From Patiria miniata (Eukaryota): a DNA stretch of 64,000 nucleotides. The notes under the pieces are model-generated. The model had not been told where the DNA came from. It searched no databases and saw only the letters and a list, made by a program, of their open reading frames with translations. Location: assembly GCF_015706575.1 (NCBI RefSeq), contig NW_024037061.1:915897-979896 (forward strand), in the 5' to 3' direction. The translations under genes and the position numbers were made by a program. Below are positions 35,601-45,738 of this stretch, in pieces (the first letter of the stretch is position 1; each line of letters begins with the position of its first letter).

Positions 35601-36370
35601 TCGTTATTTCTCCAATTCCAATTTCTATCATCCACAATTGCGTAGACCTGGTATAAATAAGAATTTGTCATCACGTATCTAAATAATCACAGCCGCTTTT
35701 ACAATTATGATTTTTTTTCAGTCAACTTCAAAGCACCGGCTTATGAAAAATCCTCCAAAAATACCTTTTTTTTGTGGTTTAAAAAGGTTTGCATTTCAAA
35801 TGCATAGGCACTGGTAAATTTTGCAAAATGCATAACTTGAAGAAATTGAAATGTACATAGCATTTTATATTAAATAAAGTCACGATCAATATTCTAAAGT
35901 TTGATTCAATGATATCATGCATACAAAAATTCTGAAACCACACACCACATATCAAAGAGGATTGAAAGAAAGGAATAGATAAAACCAGTTTTATAGTTCC
36001 GGAATATATAAGTGGCAATTTTTCAAAATTGTCCTAAGATCAGTTAATTATTACAGTTGATTTTTTTGAGTTGTGCATTGTCTGATTCATGCTAACAATT
36101 TCAGTAGCACAATTCTGATTGGCTAAAATACAACCCTGTACAACAATAGTTTGTACACCTGGCCAATCCCAAGGAGTCTTTGAGACAATGTGGCGTGTAA
36201 GATAATTGTCCCTGATATTTCAGTAACGCTGACAATGATTGGCCAAAAAAATAAAAAAGATCAAAACATTTAGTACTTTTGTCAAAATTATGAACTGTTT
36301 CTTGCAATCATTTTAAAACACTGCAGGTGATTCAGTGAGGTATGATCCAATAAATATAAGAATGTACCTG

Positions 36371-36720
36371 ATTGGATAACGATATCACACCACTACTTGT
36401 TATGGTCAACCAACAGACCAATCCTCACTGACCTTTCATAAGACCAAGGTAGTTAGCAGTGCTTGTAGCACGCACCTGATTGGACAGTAAGTTCAGACAA
36501 AACCAAATCTTCACACAATTGACCAATCCTCACAGGCCATCTAGAAGCTGCAGGTAGTGTGGTGCCTGCAATTATAGCACGCCCCTGATTGGACATTAAG
36601 TCCAAAACAAGGCAAATCTCCACACAATTGACCAATCCTCACAGGCCATCTAGAAGCTGCAGGTAGTAGGGTGCCTGGCCCAGTTGTCTGGCTAGCTTGT
36701 TGGTCTTGAACATGATTGGA
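36371..36720. repeat. ~110-bp tandem repeat (~3.2 units, each starting c.tgattggaca) overlapping the REV3L stop codon and 3'UTR
   Basis: Units start at 36371, 36471, 36589 and 36711. The segment caattgaccaatcctcacaggccatctagaagctgcaggtag occurs twice. Confidence 0.8.
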
Positions 36721-36782
36721 CAGTCTAAAGACACACAGCTAGATGTGTCTTGTTCCTTGAAGTTGCAGCAGCTAGCGCAAAT
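36639..36782 (-). CDS. REV3L: REV3L terminal coding exon (CysB / Fe-S cluster region ICASCCNFKEQDTSSCVSLDCPIMFKTNKLARQLGQAPYYLQLLDGL, stop TGA at 36639-36641)
   Basis: Acceptor ttgtacag|. It matches the vertebrate C-terminus ICKNCTGCF...CVSLNCPVLFKLSRVNRELSKAPYLRQLL. The stop lies inside a ~110-bp tandem repeat. Confidence 0.88.
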   Translation of the reverse strand: MCASCCNFKEQDTSSCVSLDCPIMFKTNKLARQLGQAPYYLQLLDGL

Positions 36783-36967
36783 CTGTACAAACAATAATCC
36801 AAATTTCCAAATAATGGTAATAATTGGACCCATTGGACTAAATTGCATTACCTTTCATTTGTACCTGTACGATCTTTAATCCAAGTCAGATTTTTGATAA
36901 TAATTTTGTTGGTTACTTTTGGGATAAATGCAAATGATCCTACAAGCCATAAAAGTAAGCAACCAAC

Positions 36968-37129
36968 CTTGGCCATGTCTTGCTGGATTGACTGCCACTG
37001 CTGGACTCGGCTCAAGAGGGCAGTAGCCGTGACTTGACCCTTGGCCTTACAGTCACTACACAGGCTCTCCTTGGTAACCTTCTCGCAGATGACGCAGTTA
37101 AGACTGACGAAGTACTGCGAGATAGTTCC
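36968..37129 (-). CDS. REV3L: REV3L C-terminal zinc-finger (CysA) exon (GTISQYFVSLNCVICEKVTKESLCSDCKAKGQVTATALLSRVQQWQSIQQDMAK)
   Basis: Acceptor ccggcag| and donor AAG|GTTGGT. It matches vertebrate GTISQYFTTLHCPVCDDLTQHGICSKCRSQPQ. Confidence 0.88.
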
Positions 37130-37852
37130 CTGCCGGAAAAAGACAACAGTACTCTCTGTAAAAACCCCACCCGATGGTGTTTTGAGAAAATTATCATCTG
37201 CATGCTGTTAGTTTTCTTTCTTGACCCTAACCCTGCCAGACACAACACAGTGCATCAGGTGTCAAAGTCTGTGGGACCTTGCTGCACTGAGCCATCAACA
37301 CCAGTGCATAAACGGTCAATTCTGAGACAATGAGAGCTAGTCCCATTGAATAATGCCACAGTTGTATCCTGCTGCAGTCGGTGACCACAGACTCTGAGGC
37401 AGTTTGGCCTTGAGATTTCTGACCTGATACATCTTGCTACACTCGGCAGGCTTGTTATTATATCAAATGTGAATGTAGGACGTTGGAGAACAAAATCAGG
37501 ATAAAAGTAGGACTTTTGTGGGCTTTCAGGAGTAGTTTTCGTCGATACTCACCCATGTCCACAGCATCATAAGCCTCATTTGGCATGTTCTGTACTCACA
37601 ACACTTTTGCTCCATCCTCAACTAAGCTCTTGGAAGAACAGTTGCAGTACTCCTGCGCCCAAGCCCTTCATTGTGTGATTTACATATGACAGTGTGTAAC
37701 ACTGTTATGAAAAATATTCAAACAGATTTCATTTTCGGAGTTGTGGGGGGAAAGTAGGAATTTCAAGAAAAAAGTAGGAAAGCACAGTGAAAAACAAATT
37801 GGAAAACTAGGACAAGTAGGAACAATTGAAAGCCTGCAGTCATAAAACCGAC

Positions 37853-38020
37853 CTTTTTCCCTGGTGTCCCAAGCTGGTGGAGTGTATTAACCCTATGCCA
37901 CCTAGGGAGTTCCTGGTACCACTGCATGGTGTCCACGCCCAATAGGCCAAAGACTCGGTTCAGGGTGGGTACCAGTTGACGGGTCAGGTAATAGGTGGTG
38001 TTCAGTCGCAGGCTAGGATC
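37853..38020 (-). CDS. REV3L: REV3L exon (DPSLRLNTTYYLTRQLVPTLNRVFGLLGVDTMQWYQELPRWHRVNTLHQLGTPGKK)
   Basis: Acceptor ttttaag| and donor AAG|GTCGGT. It matches vertebrate DPTLRLNATYYITKQILPPLARIFSLIGIDVFSWYHELPR. Confidence 0.88.
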
Positions 38021-38099
38021 CTTAAAAGCGAGAAAAGAATTGTTATTAATTTATGATGGAATTCTGAATTAAGAAAATGTAAATAACCATACTGGTTCC

Positions 38100-38325
38100 A
38101 GTTCGTGTCGGAAGATGTGATAACACGCACTGGCTGTTTTTATACACAGGCACGGCTGACGGGTTAAGACGTCAAAATTGCCTCGATACGCCTCCGGGTG
38201 ACGTCTAAACACGCTAATCCTTCAGGTGGGACTCGAACCCACGACCTCCTGCTTACTAGTGCAGACGTCTTACAACTCGACCACCGAGCTTGCTACGGTC
38301 AGCTGGCTGGTCCAAATCTCCCCGA
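38100..38325 (-). mobile_element. Inverted copy of the 13640-13945 element (antisense tRNA-like head)
   Basis: Reverse-complement match. The minus strand shows GGTCGTGGGTTCGAGTCCCACC T-loop-like sequence. Confidence 0.5.
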
Positions 38326-38500
38326 CACAATGGTTTACAGTTCTTGCCATGTTAGGTGGTTTCAAACCCTGCCGGGTTACATGGGACTTGTGTTCTCAGG
38401 CAAGACATTTTACCACAATTGTCTTCTCTATCCAGGAGTCCAACTGGGTACCTGAGAAGGTAGCTGCTGCAAAAACTGGTCTCATGGCCTGACGCTTTGA
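38325..38500 (+). mobile_element. Second copy of the SINE body seen at 15880-16050
   Basis: Similarity to 15860-15960 (ggtttcaaaccctgccgggttacatgggacttgtgttctcaggcaagacattttacc versus gtggttcgtgggttcgaatcctgacggggaccatggtgcttgtgctcttgagcaaggcactttacc). Confidence 0.5.
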
Positions 38501-38663
38501 GACCAGTAAATTAAGTGCTATAATATGAACACCAAATTATTATTATTAAGAAAATTCATCATCCGAGGGTAAATTCTGTTAATGACTAAAACAATGTTGA
38601 TGATAAAACAAACCAGATAGTTCTAATTATTCATCCAGATCAGGAATTGGGAGTCTGCTTTAC

Positions 38664-38790
38664 CTGTAGAACTTGACCAGGGGTACGTACTAGCTGTATG
38701 AGGGGTAACCCCGGGCTACCGTGTACGATGACGTAGGGTACGCGCTGACCAACGCGAGGCTCGGCACGGCGATCGACTGCAAGAAGCCGT
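38664..38790 (-). CDS. REV3L: REV3L exon (RLLAVDRRAEPRVGQRVPYVIVHGSPGLPLIQLVRTPGQVLQ)
   Basis: Acceptor caccccag| and donor CAG|GTAAAG. It matches vertebrate RKMLTYDRRSEPQVGERVPYVIIYGTPGVPLIQLVRRP. Confidence 0.88.
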
Positions 38791-38933
38791 CTGGGGTGAA
38801 ATGAAAAAAAGGTAGATCAAAATTAGTTCCGCATATACTGTTGCCTTTTGCGGACGAACCAGCACTCGTAGGTTGTGTCCCCCCTACCACAGATACTTTC
38901 AAAGCGATCCCAAAGTACCGTCTCACGGCTTAC

Positions 38934-39124
38934 CTGCTGATTTCCAGTGCCGGTACGCAGGCTCCCGGCCGGTACGTATGCTTGCCGCGATACTCCTTGG
39001 CGAAGACCAGGTCCTGCATGGTGGCCTGGCCGTCCAGAATCTTCTGGAATTGTTTCTGGACGTACTGCTTGATCTGGGACACGTCCCGCGTGGTGAAGAG
39101 GATCTTCAGGGCTCTCTCAAGAAT
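38934..39124 (-). CDS. REV3L: REV3L exon (ILERALKILFTTRDVSQIKQYVQKQFQKILDGQATMQDLVFAKEYRGKHTYRPGACVPALEIS)
   Basis: Acceptor ccttccag| and donor AG|GTAAGC. It strongly matches vertebrate KILFETRDISLIKQYVQRQ...FIFAKEYRG. Confidence 0.9.
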
Positions 39125-39229
39125 CTGGAAGGAGAAAGATTGCAGCTACTTAAAAGTGGAAAAACAAGGACTTCAGCACTGAAATATAGTCTCAGTTTGA
39201 GTACTGTGCCAAAGCTTGTCACTCGACTT

Positions 39230-39890
39230 AATGACACTAGATGACTTATGATAGACTTGTGATGTCTTGTGAATGATTTGTGATGACATTTGACTGACTT
39301 TTGATGACTTGTGCTGGCTTGTGATTGACCTGTGATGACTTTTGATGTGATATGAAAACTTGAGTGATTAATGATGACTTGTGATGGATTTGTGATGACT
39401 TGTGATTTACGTGTGATATACTTGTGATGGCTTGTGGACTTGTGATTGACTTGTGATTGACCTGTGATTGACTTGTGATGACTTTTGATTTACTTGTGTG
39501 GACTTGTGATTGTTTGTGATGACTTGTGATGGACTTGTGATGGACAAGTGGTGGACAAGTGGTGGACTTGTGATGGACTTGTGATGGACTTGTGATGGAC
39601 TTGTGATGGACTTGTGATGGACATGTGATGGACTTGTGATGGACTTGTGATTGAGTTGTGATGGACTTGTGATTGACTTGTAATTGACTTGTAATTGACT
39701 TGTGATAACTTACGTTTATTTGTGATTGACTTGTGATTGACTTATGACTGACTTGTGATTGACCTGTGATTGACTTGTGATGGACTTGTGATCGACTTGT
39801 GATGACTTGTGATTGACTTGTAATTGACTTGTGATTGACTTGGGATTGACTTGGGATTGACTTGGGATTGACTTGAGCAACGACAAGTCA
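39230..39890. repeat. Minisatellite (tgacttgtgat / ggacttgtgat)n, ~60 copies, in a REV3L intron
   Basis: A direct 11-bp period is visible throughout. It is the same motif as 4790-5045. Confidence 0.9.
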
Positions 39891-39960
39891 ATGACAAGTC
39901 AATCACACCAAAAATACTGGTTTCCCGACAGAGCCACACAATTTGTCACGGAGAAAATAC

Positions 39961-40098
39961 CTTGCCAACCGCAGGACAGGAATCTCTGCGTACTGTCTCA
40001 ATCCCCTTAGCATCAAACTCGGGCTCAACCTGGTCAGGCGATTCGTAGCTGTAGCCAACGTAACGCTTCTTGGATTGCAAGACACACGGATGATAAAC
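39961..40098 (-). CDS. REV3L: REV3L exon (VYHPCVLQSKKRYVGYSYESPDQVEPEFDAKGIETVRRDSCPAVGK)
   Basis: Acceptor ctgcag| and donor AAG|GTATTT. The KKRYVGY motif is conserved. Confidence 0.9.
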
Positions 40099-40619
40099 CT
40101 GCAGAATGCAAAAGATTATCAGAAATCATAATAAGTGACAAAATACTTTTCCGGTTAAAGACACAGAGGTTCATTAGCATGTATCCCAAAAGTAGACTAC
40201 CACATATATTATAAAAAAGCTTACTTGGATTAAAGATTGCACTGGTACTATAAACACCCCGTGAAATTATTCCATCTGGCTTGCTGTCATTTAGAAGAAA
40301 TCAAGAAATGTACGTGATTTCCAACGATCAGTCGATCGACAGATTTTTTGGAAATGAAGAGTGAAGAGACAAAATCGTACTGATCAAAAGGTTGTGCGTG
40401 GTTTTCACTGCTTTCTCGAAAAGTGTAATATCTACTGAGCTGAAACTTCAACAGGTTAGGTTCTGAACATTCTTCTTTGGATTTTGAGTGGTGTTTTTAT
40501 TTGAAACGAGCAAAATGCATGAAAAGCAAATGATCCTATATGCCTTTAAGGTTGACAGGGTGGATGAGGGAATGTTATATTTGATCAGCAATGGGACAGG
40601 ATGTCCACTTATTACAGAC

Positions 40620-40734
40620 CTTTTCCAGTTTGAGTTTGACCGGTTTGGGATTGGCAGCCGTGACAGCATCTCGGATCTCCCTCCCGACCTCAAAGGCACG
40701 CTCCTTGCTCGCTCCTTCAACCAACACAAACATG
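40620..40734 (-). CDS. REV3L: REV3L exon (MFVLVEGASKERAFEVGREIRDAVTAANPKPVKLKLEK)
   Basis: Acceptor ttcacag| and donor AAG|GTCTGT. It matches vertebrate MFVLLKGATKEQSFKIGQEIAEAVTATNPKPVKLKFEK. Confidence 0.9.
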
Positions 40735-40859
40735 CTGTGAAGAAAAAACGGAAGCAAATCAGTAAGTAAAGTAAGTAACATCTGACATGAGCCAACTCAT
40801 CACGCCGGCGTTTTTCTCCGGTTTCTTAGACATGAAACGACTGAGATACTTGTATTCCC

Positions 40860-41030
40860 CCTGGATGGGATACCAGCTAATGCCGGTACCCATTCATACT
40901 CCTGGGTGGAGAGAGGCAAGGGGGGTGAAGTGGCTTGCCCAAGGACACACATATGGCCAGCGGCTGGATTCGAACCCCTGACTCTCTGATTACGAGTCAC
41001 AAACCCTAACCACTAGACCACACTCCCCCA
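40860..41030 (-). mobile_element. tRNA-derived SINE, uninterrupted copy (same family as 2395-2845)
   Basis: Minus strand reads GGGGGAGTGTGGTCTAGTGGTTAGGGTTTGTGACTCGTAATCAGAGAGTCAGGGGTTCGAATCCAGCCGCTGGCC, then a body collinear with 2395-2524. Confidence 0.6.
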
Positions 41031-41438
41031 TGGCAATCCCATGGCAGTCCCATGGCAATCCCATGGCAATCCTATGGCAATCCCATGGCAATCCCATGGC
41101 AATCCCATGGCAATCCCATGGCAGTCCCACATGAATCTATGAACCCACCTGTCCGTGTCCCCATAAACCACTCTAACCACTAGACCACACTCCCCCATGG
41201 CAATCCCATGGCAATCCCATGGCAATCCCATGGCAATCCCATGGCAATCCCATGGCAATCCAATGGCAATCCCATGGCAATCCCATGGCAATCCCATGGC
41301 AATCCCATGGCAATCCCATGGCAGTCCCACAGGAATCTATGTACCCACCTGTCCGTGTCCCCATAAACCACTCTAACCACTAGACGACCCTCCCCCATGG
41401 CAATCCCATAGCAGTCCCACAGGAATCTATGTACCCAC
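41013..41438. repeat. Composite tandem structure: (catggcaatc)n 10-bp minisatellite blocks (41020-41130, 41195-41330) alternating with two extra copies of the 3' end plus donor of the REV3L motif-C exon
   Basis: The segment cccacaggaatctatg(a/t)acccacct(g/a)tccgtgtccccataaaccactct occurs at 41126-41175, 41326-41375 and in the real exon at 41418-41466. Confidence 0.8.
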
Positions 41439-41548
41439 CTATCCGTGTCCCCATAAACCACTCTGGCTCCCCACTTCTTAGTGCTTTCCACCATATGAAT
41501 GGCTCTCTCCAGTGTCTCACGTCCCTTTCTCACCACGCTGTCACCAAC
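41439..41548 (-). CDS. REV3L: REV3L polymerase motif C exon (VGDSVVRKGRETLERAIHMVESTKKWGARVVYGDTDS)
   Basis: Acceptor ctgacag| and donor AG|GTGGGT. The catalytic YGDTDS motif is conserved. Confidence 0.9.
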
Positions 41549-42243
41549 CTGTCAGACAAAAAGCAAAAACGACGGAAAGTCAAACAGTTGGCACACTCTC
41601 TTCTTTGCACAAAATTATACATAAATTATTTTTTTTTAAATGGCTAATTTAAAGCTACAGCCCATCATTTGCAGCTATCCAAAAAGTAACTGACGTAATT
41701 ATTGCTGTAAAGCATACTTGGTTTTATAGATAGTGATGGGACTAAACTCCCTGTGAAATTATTCTTTCTGGCAAGCTTTCATTTTGAAAAAAACAACGAA
41801 AGAAGGCCATTTCCAATGATGGGTCTAAAGAAGCTTTCTTGGAAATTTCCGTTAATAGTTCGTTTTAAATTCGGCGAAGCGCGCGCAAGCGTTGACAAGA
41901 TGCACACGCGCGCGCAGTTGCTGTAATTCGTCGGTTCAGTGCGCGACATCGCATAGCTGCAATCAGCTCAGTGAGAACGTGTCTCAGACGCTGAATTCAG
42001 GCCCAATTCAAAAACATGACTCAACAACTTTGATTTGAAATCGAGATCCTAGATTATTGTTTTCTCGGAACATACAGCATTCACTGAGATAAAACCTCAT
42101 CAGGTTAGTTGTTCAGCACCCTTCTTAAGATTTTGAGCACTTTTGTTGCTTCAAACGAACAAAATGCACAAATTACAAATGGACGCTATCTTTATATTAT
42201 CCAAACCATGATGTTAACTAGTAGGGTCTGGTTTGGGACCTAC

Positions 42244-42351
42244 CTCGATGCATGGCATTCGCCCAGAGAAGTTTGCCGATGTGTAGCCGTAGGTGACGTT
42301 GGCTATCAACTTAAGAGCCAGCTGTCGGCTGTTCAACATGCGATGTAGCGT
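42244..42351 (-). CDS. REV3L: REV3L polymerase motif B exon (TLHRMLNSRQLALKLIANVTYGYTSANFSGRMPCIE)
   Basis: Acceptor ctcaacag| after a long pyrimidine tract, and donor GAG|GTAGGT. The KxxxN(S/V)xYG motif B is conserved. Confidence 0.9.
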
Positions 42352-42691
42352 CTGTTGAGCAAGAATCAAAAACAAAAAAGTAAATACACCATGTATACAA
42401 AAAAAAGAAAACAAATAAATAAAAATACATATTTTGTCTTTGAATTATTACATTTCCAGCAGTACAAAAGGTTGTGCACTTTTGAATGAGACATCAGCCC
42501 AAAAAATAGAAAAATTGGCCCACGTTATATGTTATGGAAAAACTACTTAACAAAGTTTGAAATATTTGTGGTCCAAAAATAATCTTACAGGGTAGACTCG
42601 TTCCTGCCCCTTCTAGAAAAATGTGTTTTGATCCTTCTGTCAAAACCAAGTGTTAATGCAGTTCTGGGAGTAATCTGCTTCATTGTTTTAC

Positions 42692-42761
42692 CTTGTCATC
42701 CTTAAAGTCCTTGAGAGACTTCTTGACGATGAGACGGAGTTTGAGAATTTGCTCCAACATC
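42692..42761 (-). CDS. REV3L: REV3L exon (MLEQILKLRLIVKKSLKDFKDDK)
   Basis: Acceptor taaacgcag| and donor AAG|GTAAAA. It matches vertebrate MLEEILKTRFMVKQSMK. Confidence 0.82.
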
Positions 42762-43738
42762 CTGCGTTTAAATAAAAACATCACAGAAAGATATTTTATT
42801 GTTTACCCTCAATTCTTTTTAATCCTTATATGGTCGGCTGGCGTGTACCCATTCATAGGTGTGTAATCAATTGCAAACAAGCTGCGGACCTACTTCATGT
42901 ATATGGTAAATTGGGGGCAGTTTTTTCCAACCCTGGTCGGCCGACTAGCGTTAGAAATTGATACAAAAATACCACTTTTCTTGAAAAGGTCAGCACACCA
43001 GGTGCCATGATTTCACAGGATGCTTGAGACTATTATTCACTTACAGTCCAGTAAGGGTATGTCATGTAAATTTGGAAGTTTCGTTTTTAGATGTTTGCAA
43101 ATGTTGTATATTCCCTTTAATTCCACATTGAATTAAAATCTCAACTGTTATGAAATAAACAGAAGCTTTTTCAAATTGTATTTCATGAAGGCCGAGCCAA
43201 CAAATCGTGGCATATTTTGATTTTAGCCTAATGCCTGTCTCAATTCTATTCAGGACGAGTTTCGGACAAGTTGCGGACCTTGTGTTGGGTATAAGTTGCA
43301 GGATTCTGAGCAACTTCCCCGCAGTCTTCCCGCAATGAAGTGATCAATATTGGTGAGTCTAGCCGTTGCTCATGTAAATTTCTCCGGAACATGTCCGTGA
43401 CAAGTGCAGAGCTTCTTCAAGACAAAAAGAATCATTCTACCTTAACTCGTCCAGAATTCGTCCAAGTTATGAACTGAGTTGGGCCCCAAAATTCACACTT
43501 AGAGAAAAAAAGGTGATATTTAGTTTTTCTCTTGTGGTCCTCATTAAATCTAAACTCTATCACACCATGGTGGTTAAAGTTGCAAACAAGTTATCATTGT
43601 TTTTGTGAAGAGACCAAAAAATAGTTTTTAAGCGATACAACATTTCGCTCTCGGTGAGATATGATGCTTCAAAATGATATCATAAACAGATTGTTAAATG
43701 CAATGGTTTCTCAAACTGAATTCAGACAGCACACTTAC

Positions 43739-43882
43739 ATTGGTAGGACACCACGGCGGACACTGGGCTTGACAAACACGATGCCGTTGGGGGAGACGTG
43801 GAGGCTGTCAGACTGGTAGAGTTTCTTGAGTTGGGACACGGAGACAGACAGAGAGCCACATCCCAGGGCATACTCCCCACCA
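43739..43882 (-). CDS. REV3L: REV3L exon (GGEYALGCGSLSVSVSQLKKLYQSDSLHVSPNGIVFVKPSVRRGVLP)
   Basis: Acceptor ttcccaag| and donor AT|GTAAGT. It matches vertebrate ...ITVSPNGVAFVKPSVRKGVLP. Confidence 0.85.
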
Positions 43883-44229
43883 CTTGGGAAAAAAGACAAT
43901 TGAATTCAGTCTTACGAAAACAATTCATTTACTGAACTTCCCCAACTCACAAATTATAGAAGGTAAATTAAATGGAAAAAACCAAAAACCTAAAACAAGC
44001 TAAGGCAAACTTTAAGTAGAGTTGGCCCCAGAGCCCCAAAAATTCTATTCAATTGATTCAGAATGGTTATTTATTGGAAGTCATGCATCTGGTCGAATTC
44101 ACTGGTATAATGGGGTAATCCTATACAATAGCACTGCCCGGCTCACAGCTGACAGTCAGTTAATTAGTCAGTCAGTGCGTCTGTCAGTGAGGTACAGCGG
44201 ACTATAGAATGGCCCTCTCTGGGACCGGG

Positions 44230-45120
44230 AACAGTGACATTACGGGGTCATCCTATACAATAGCACCCTGGCTCACAGGGACAAGCAAAGGTGGCAGTAC
44301 AGGGTAATCCTATACAATAGCACTGCCCAGCTCACAAGTGACGGTCAGTTAGTGAGTCAGGGATTGACAAGCAAAAATGGCTTTACAGGGTTATCCTATA
44401 CAATAGCACTGCCCAGCTCACAAGTGACGGTCAGTTAGTGAGTCAGGGATTGACAAGCAAAAGTGGCGTTACAGTGTAATCCTATACAATAACACTGCCC
44501 AGCTCACAAGTGACGGTCAGTTAGTGAGTCAGGGATTGACAAGCAAAAATGGCGTTACAGTGTAATCCTATACAATAACACTGCCCGGCTCACAAGTGAC
44601 TGTCAGTTAGTGAGTCAGGGATTGACAAGCAAAAATGGCGTTACAGTGTAATCCTATACAATAGCACTGCCCGGCTCACAAGTGACAGTCAGTTAGTGAG
44701 TCAGGGATTGACAAGCAAAAATGGCGTTACAGGGTAATCCTATACAATAGCACTGCCCAGCTCACAAGTAACGGTCAGTTAGTGAGTCAGGGATTGACAA
44801 GCAAAAATGGCTTTACAGGGTTATCCTATACAATAGCACTGCCCGGCTCACAGGTGAGGGTCAGTTAGTGAGTCACGGATGGACAAGCAAAAATGGCATT
44901 ACAGGCGGGTTATCCTATACAATAGCACTGCCCGGCACACAAGTGACAGTCACTTAGTTAGTTGGTGTTCAGTCAGTGAATACAGCGGACTATAGGTTGG
45001 CCCTCTCGTGGGCCAGCAAAAGTGGCCTTAGGGGGTAATCCTATACAATAGCACTGCCCAGCTCACAACTGACAGTCACTTCGTCAGTGAGATAGTCAGT
45101 GACGTACAGCAGACTATAGG
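44230..45120 (+). repeat. 86-bp tandem repeat (~8-10 units) derived from the gggtaatcctatacaatagcactgccc interspersed element
   Basis: cctatacaat recurs at 44309, 44395, 44481, 44567 ... (period 86). A single-copy element head lies at 44060-44230. Confidence 0.85.
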
Positions 45121-45172
45121 CTGGCTGTTTGCATTTAAAATGAATGTGTAATTACAATCTGCACTGTCTTAC

Positions 45173-45334
45173 TTGGCAATGTGTTCTAAGCGTCCGAGGC
45201 ACGTAGAGTAGCAGTAGTTATAAGCAATCATCATGGTAGGATAGAGAGACTGGAAATCCAGCACGATGACAGGATCCTGATAGAAACGAGACTCAGGCTC
45301 CATGACCAACGGGATGCACTCCGGTGCCTTCATT
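45173..45334 (-). CDS. REV3L: REV3L polymerase motif A exon (MKAPECIPLVMEPESRFYQDPVIVLDFQSLYPTMMIAYNYCYSTCLG)
   Basis: Acceptor tgacgtag| and donor AA|GTAAGA. The family-B polymerase motif A (DxxSLYPS) is conserved. Confidence 0.9.
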
Positions 45335-45655
45335 CTACGTCACGGAAAATGAAAAATGCTCCCAAATACAGCCATTACTTGTATCAGTTCAGAGGATCAT
45401 TTGCTTTTGTGTGTTTTGTTTGTTTCCAATAATTACACCACTCCAAATCGGATGTTCAAAACCTGTTAAAGTTTCAGCTCGGTGAATATTACACTTTTTC
45501 GAGAAAACTGTGGAAAACCATGCACAACCTTTCCATCAAAAGATTTGTATTCCCATAGATCCGTAATGCTAGCCCCAGGTAAACAAGAATTCTTCTTGTA
45601 AATTTAGACAGACGTGACATTTTTTTTAGTTTACTGTATGCAATTTTATCTTTAC

Positions 45656-45738
45656 CTTGAGCGTTGTTGCACGCTGGGTGACATGGCAACGTAGTTCTGT
45701 GGTTTCGCTGTCCTCAACATCATGGACTCAACGCGAAA
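45656..45738 (-). CDS. REV3L: REV3L exon (FRVESMMLRTAKPQNYVAMSPSVQQRS)
   Basis: Acceptor tgtgtacag| and donor AG|GTAAAG. It matches vertebrate YRVESMMLRIAKPMNYIPVTPSVQQRSQ. Confidence 0.88.

Noticed and set aside
39742-39939. ORF ...SQSQVNPKSIPSQSQVNYKSITS... and 4739-5044 analogue
   Set aside because: Translation of the (tgacttgtgat)n minisatellite.
41013-41364. ORFs MGLPWDCHGIAMGLPWDCHG...
   Set aside because: Translation of the (catggcaatc)n minisatellite.
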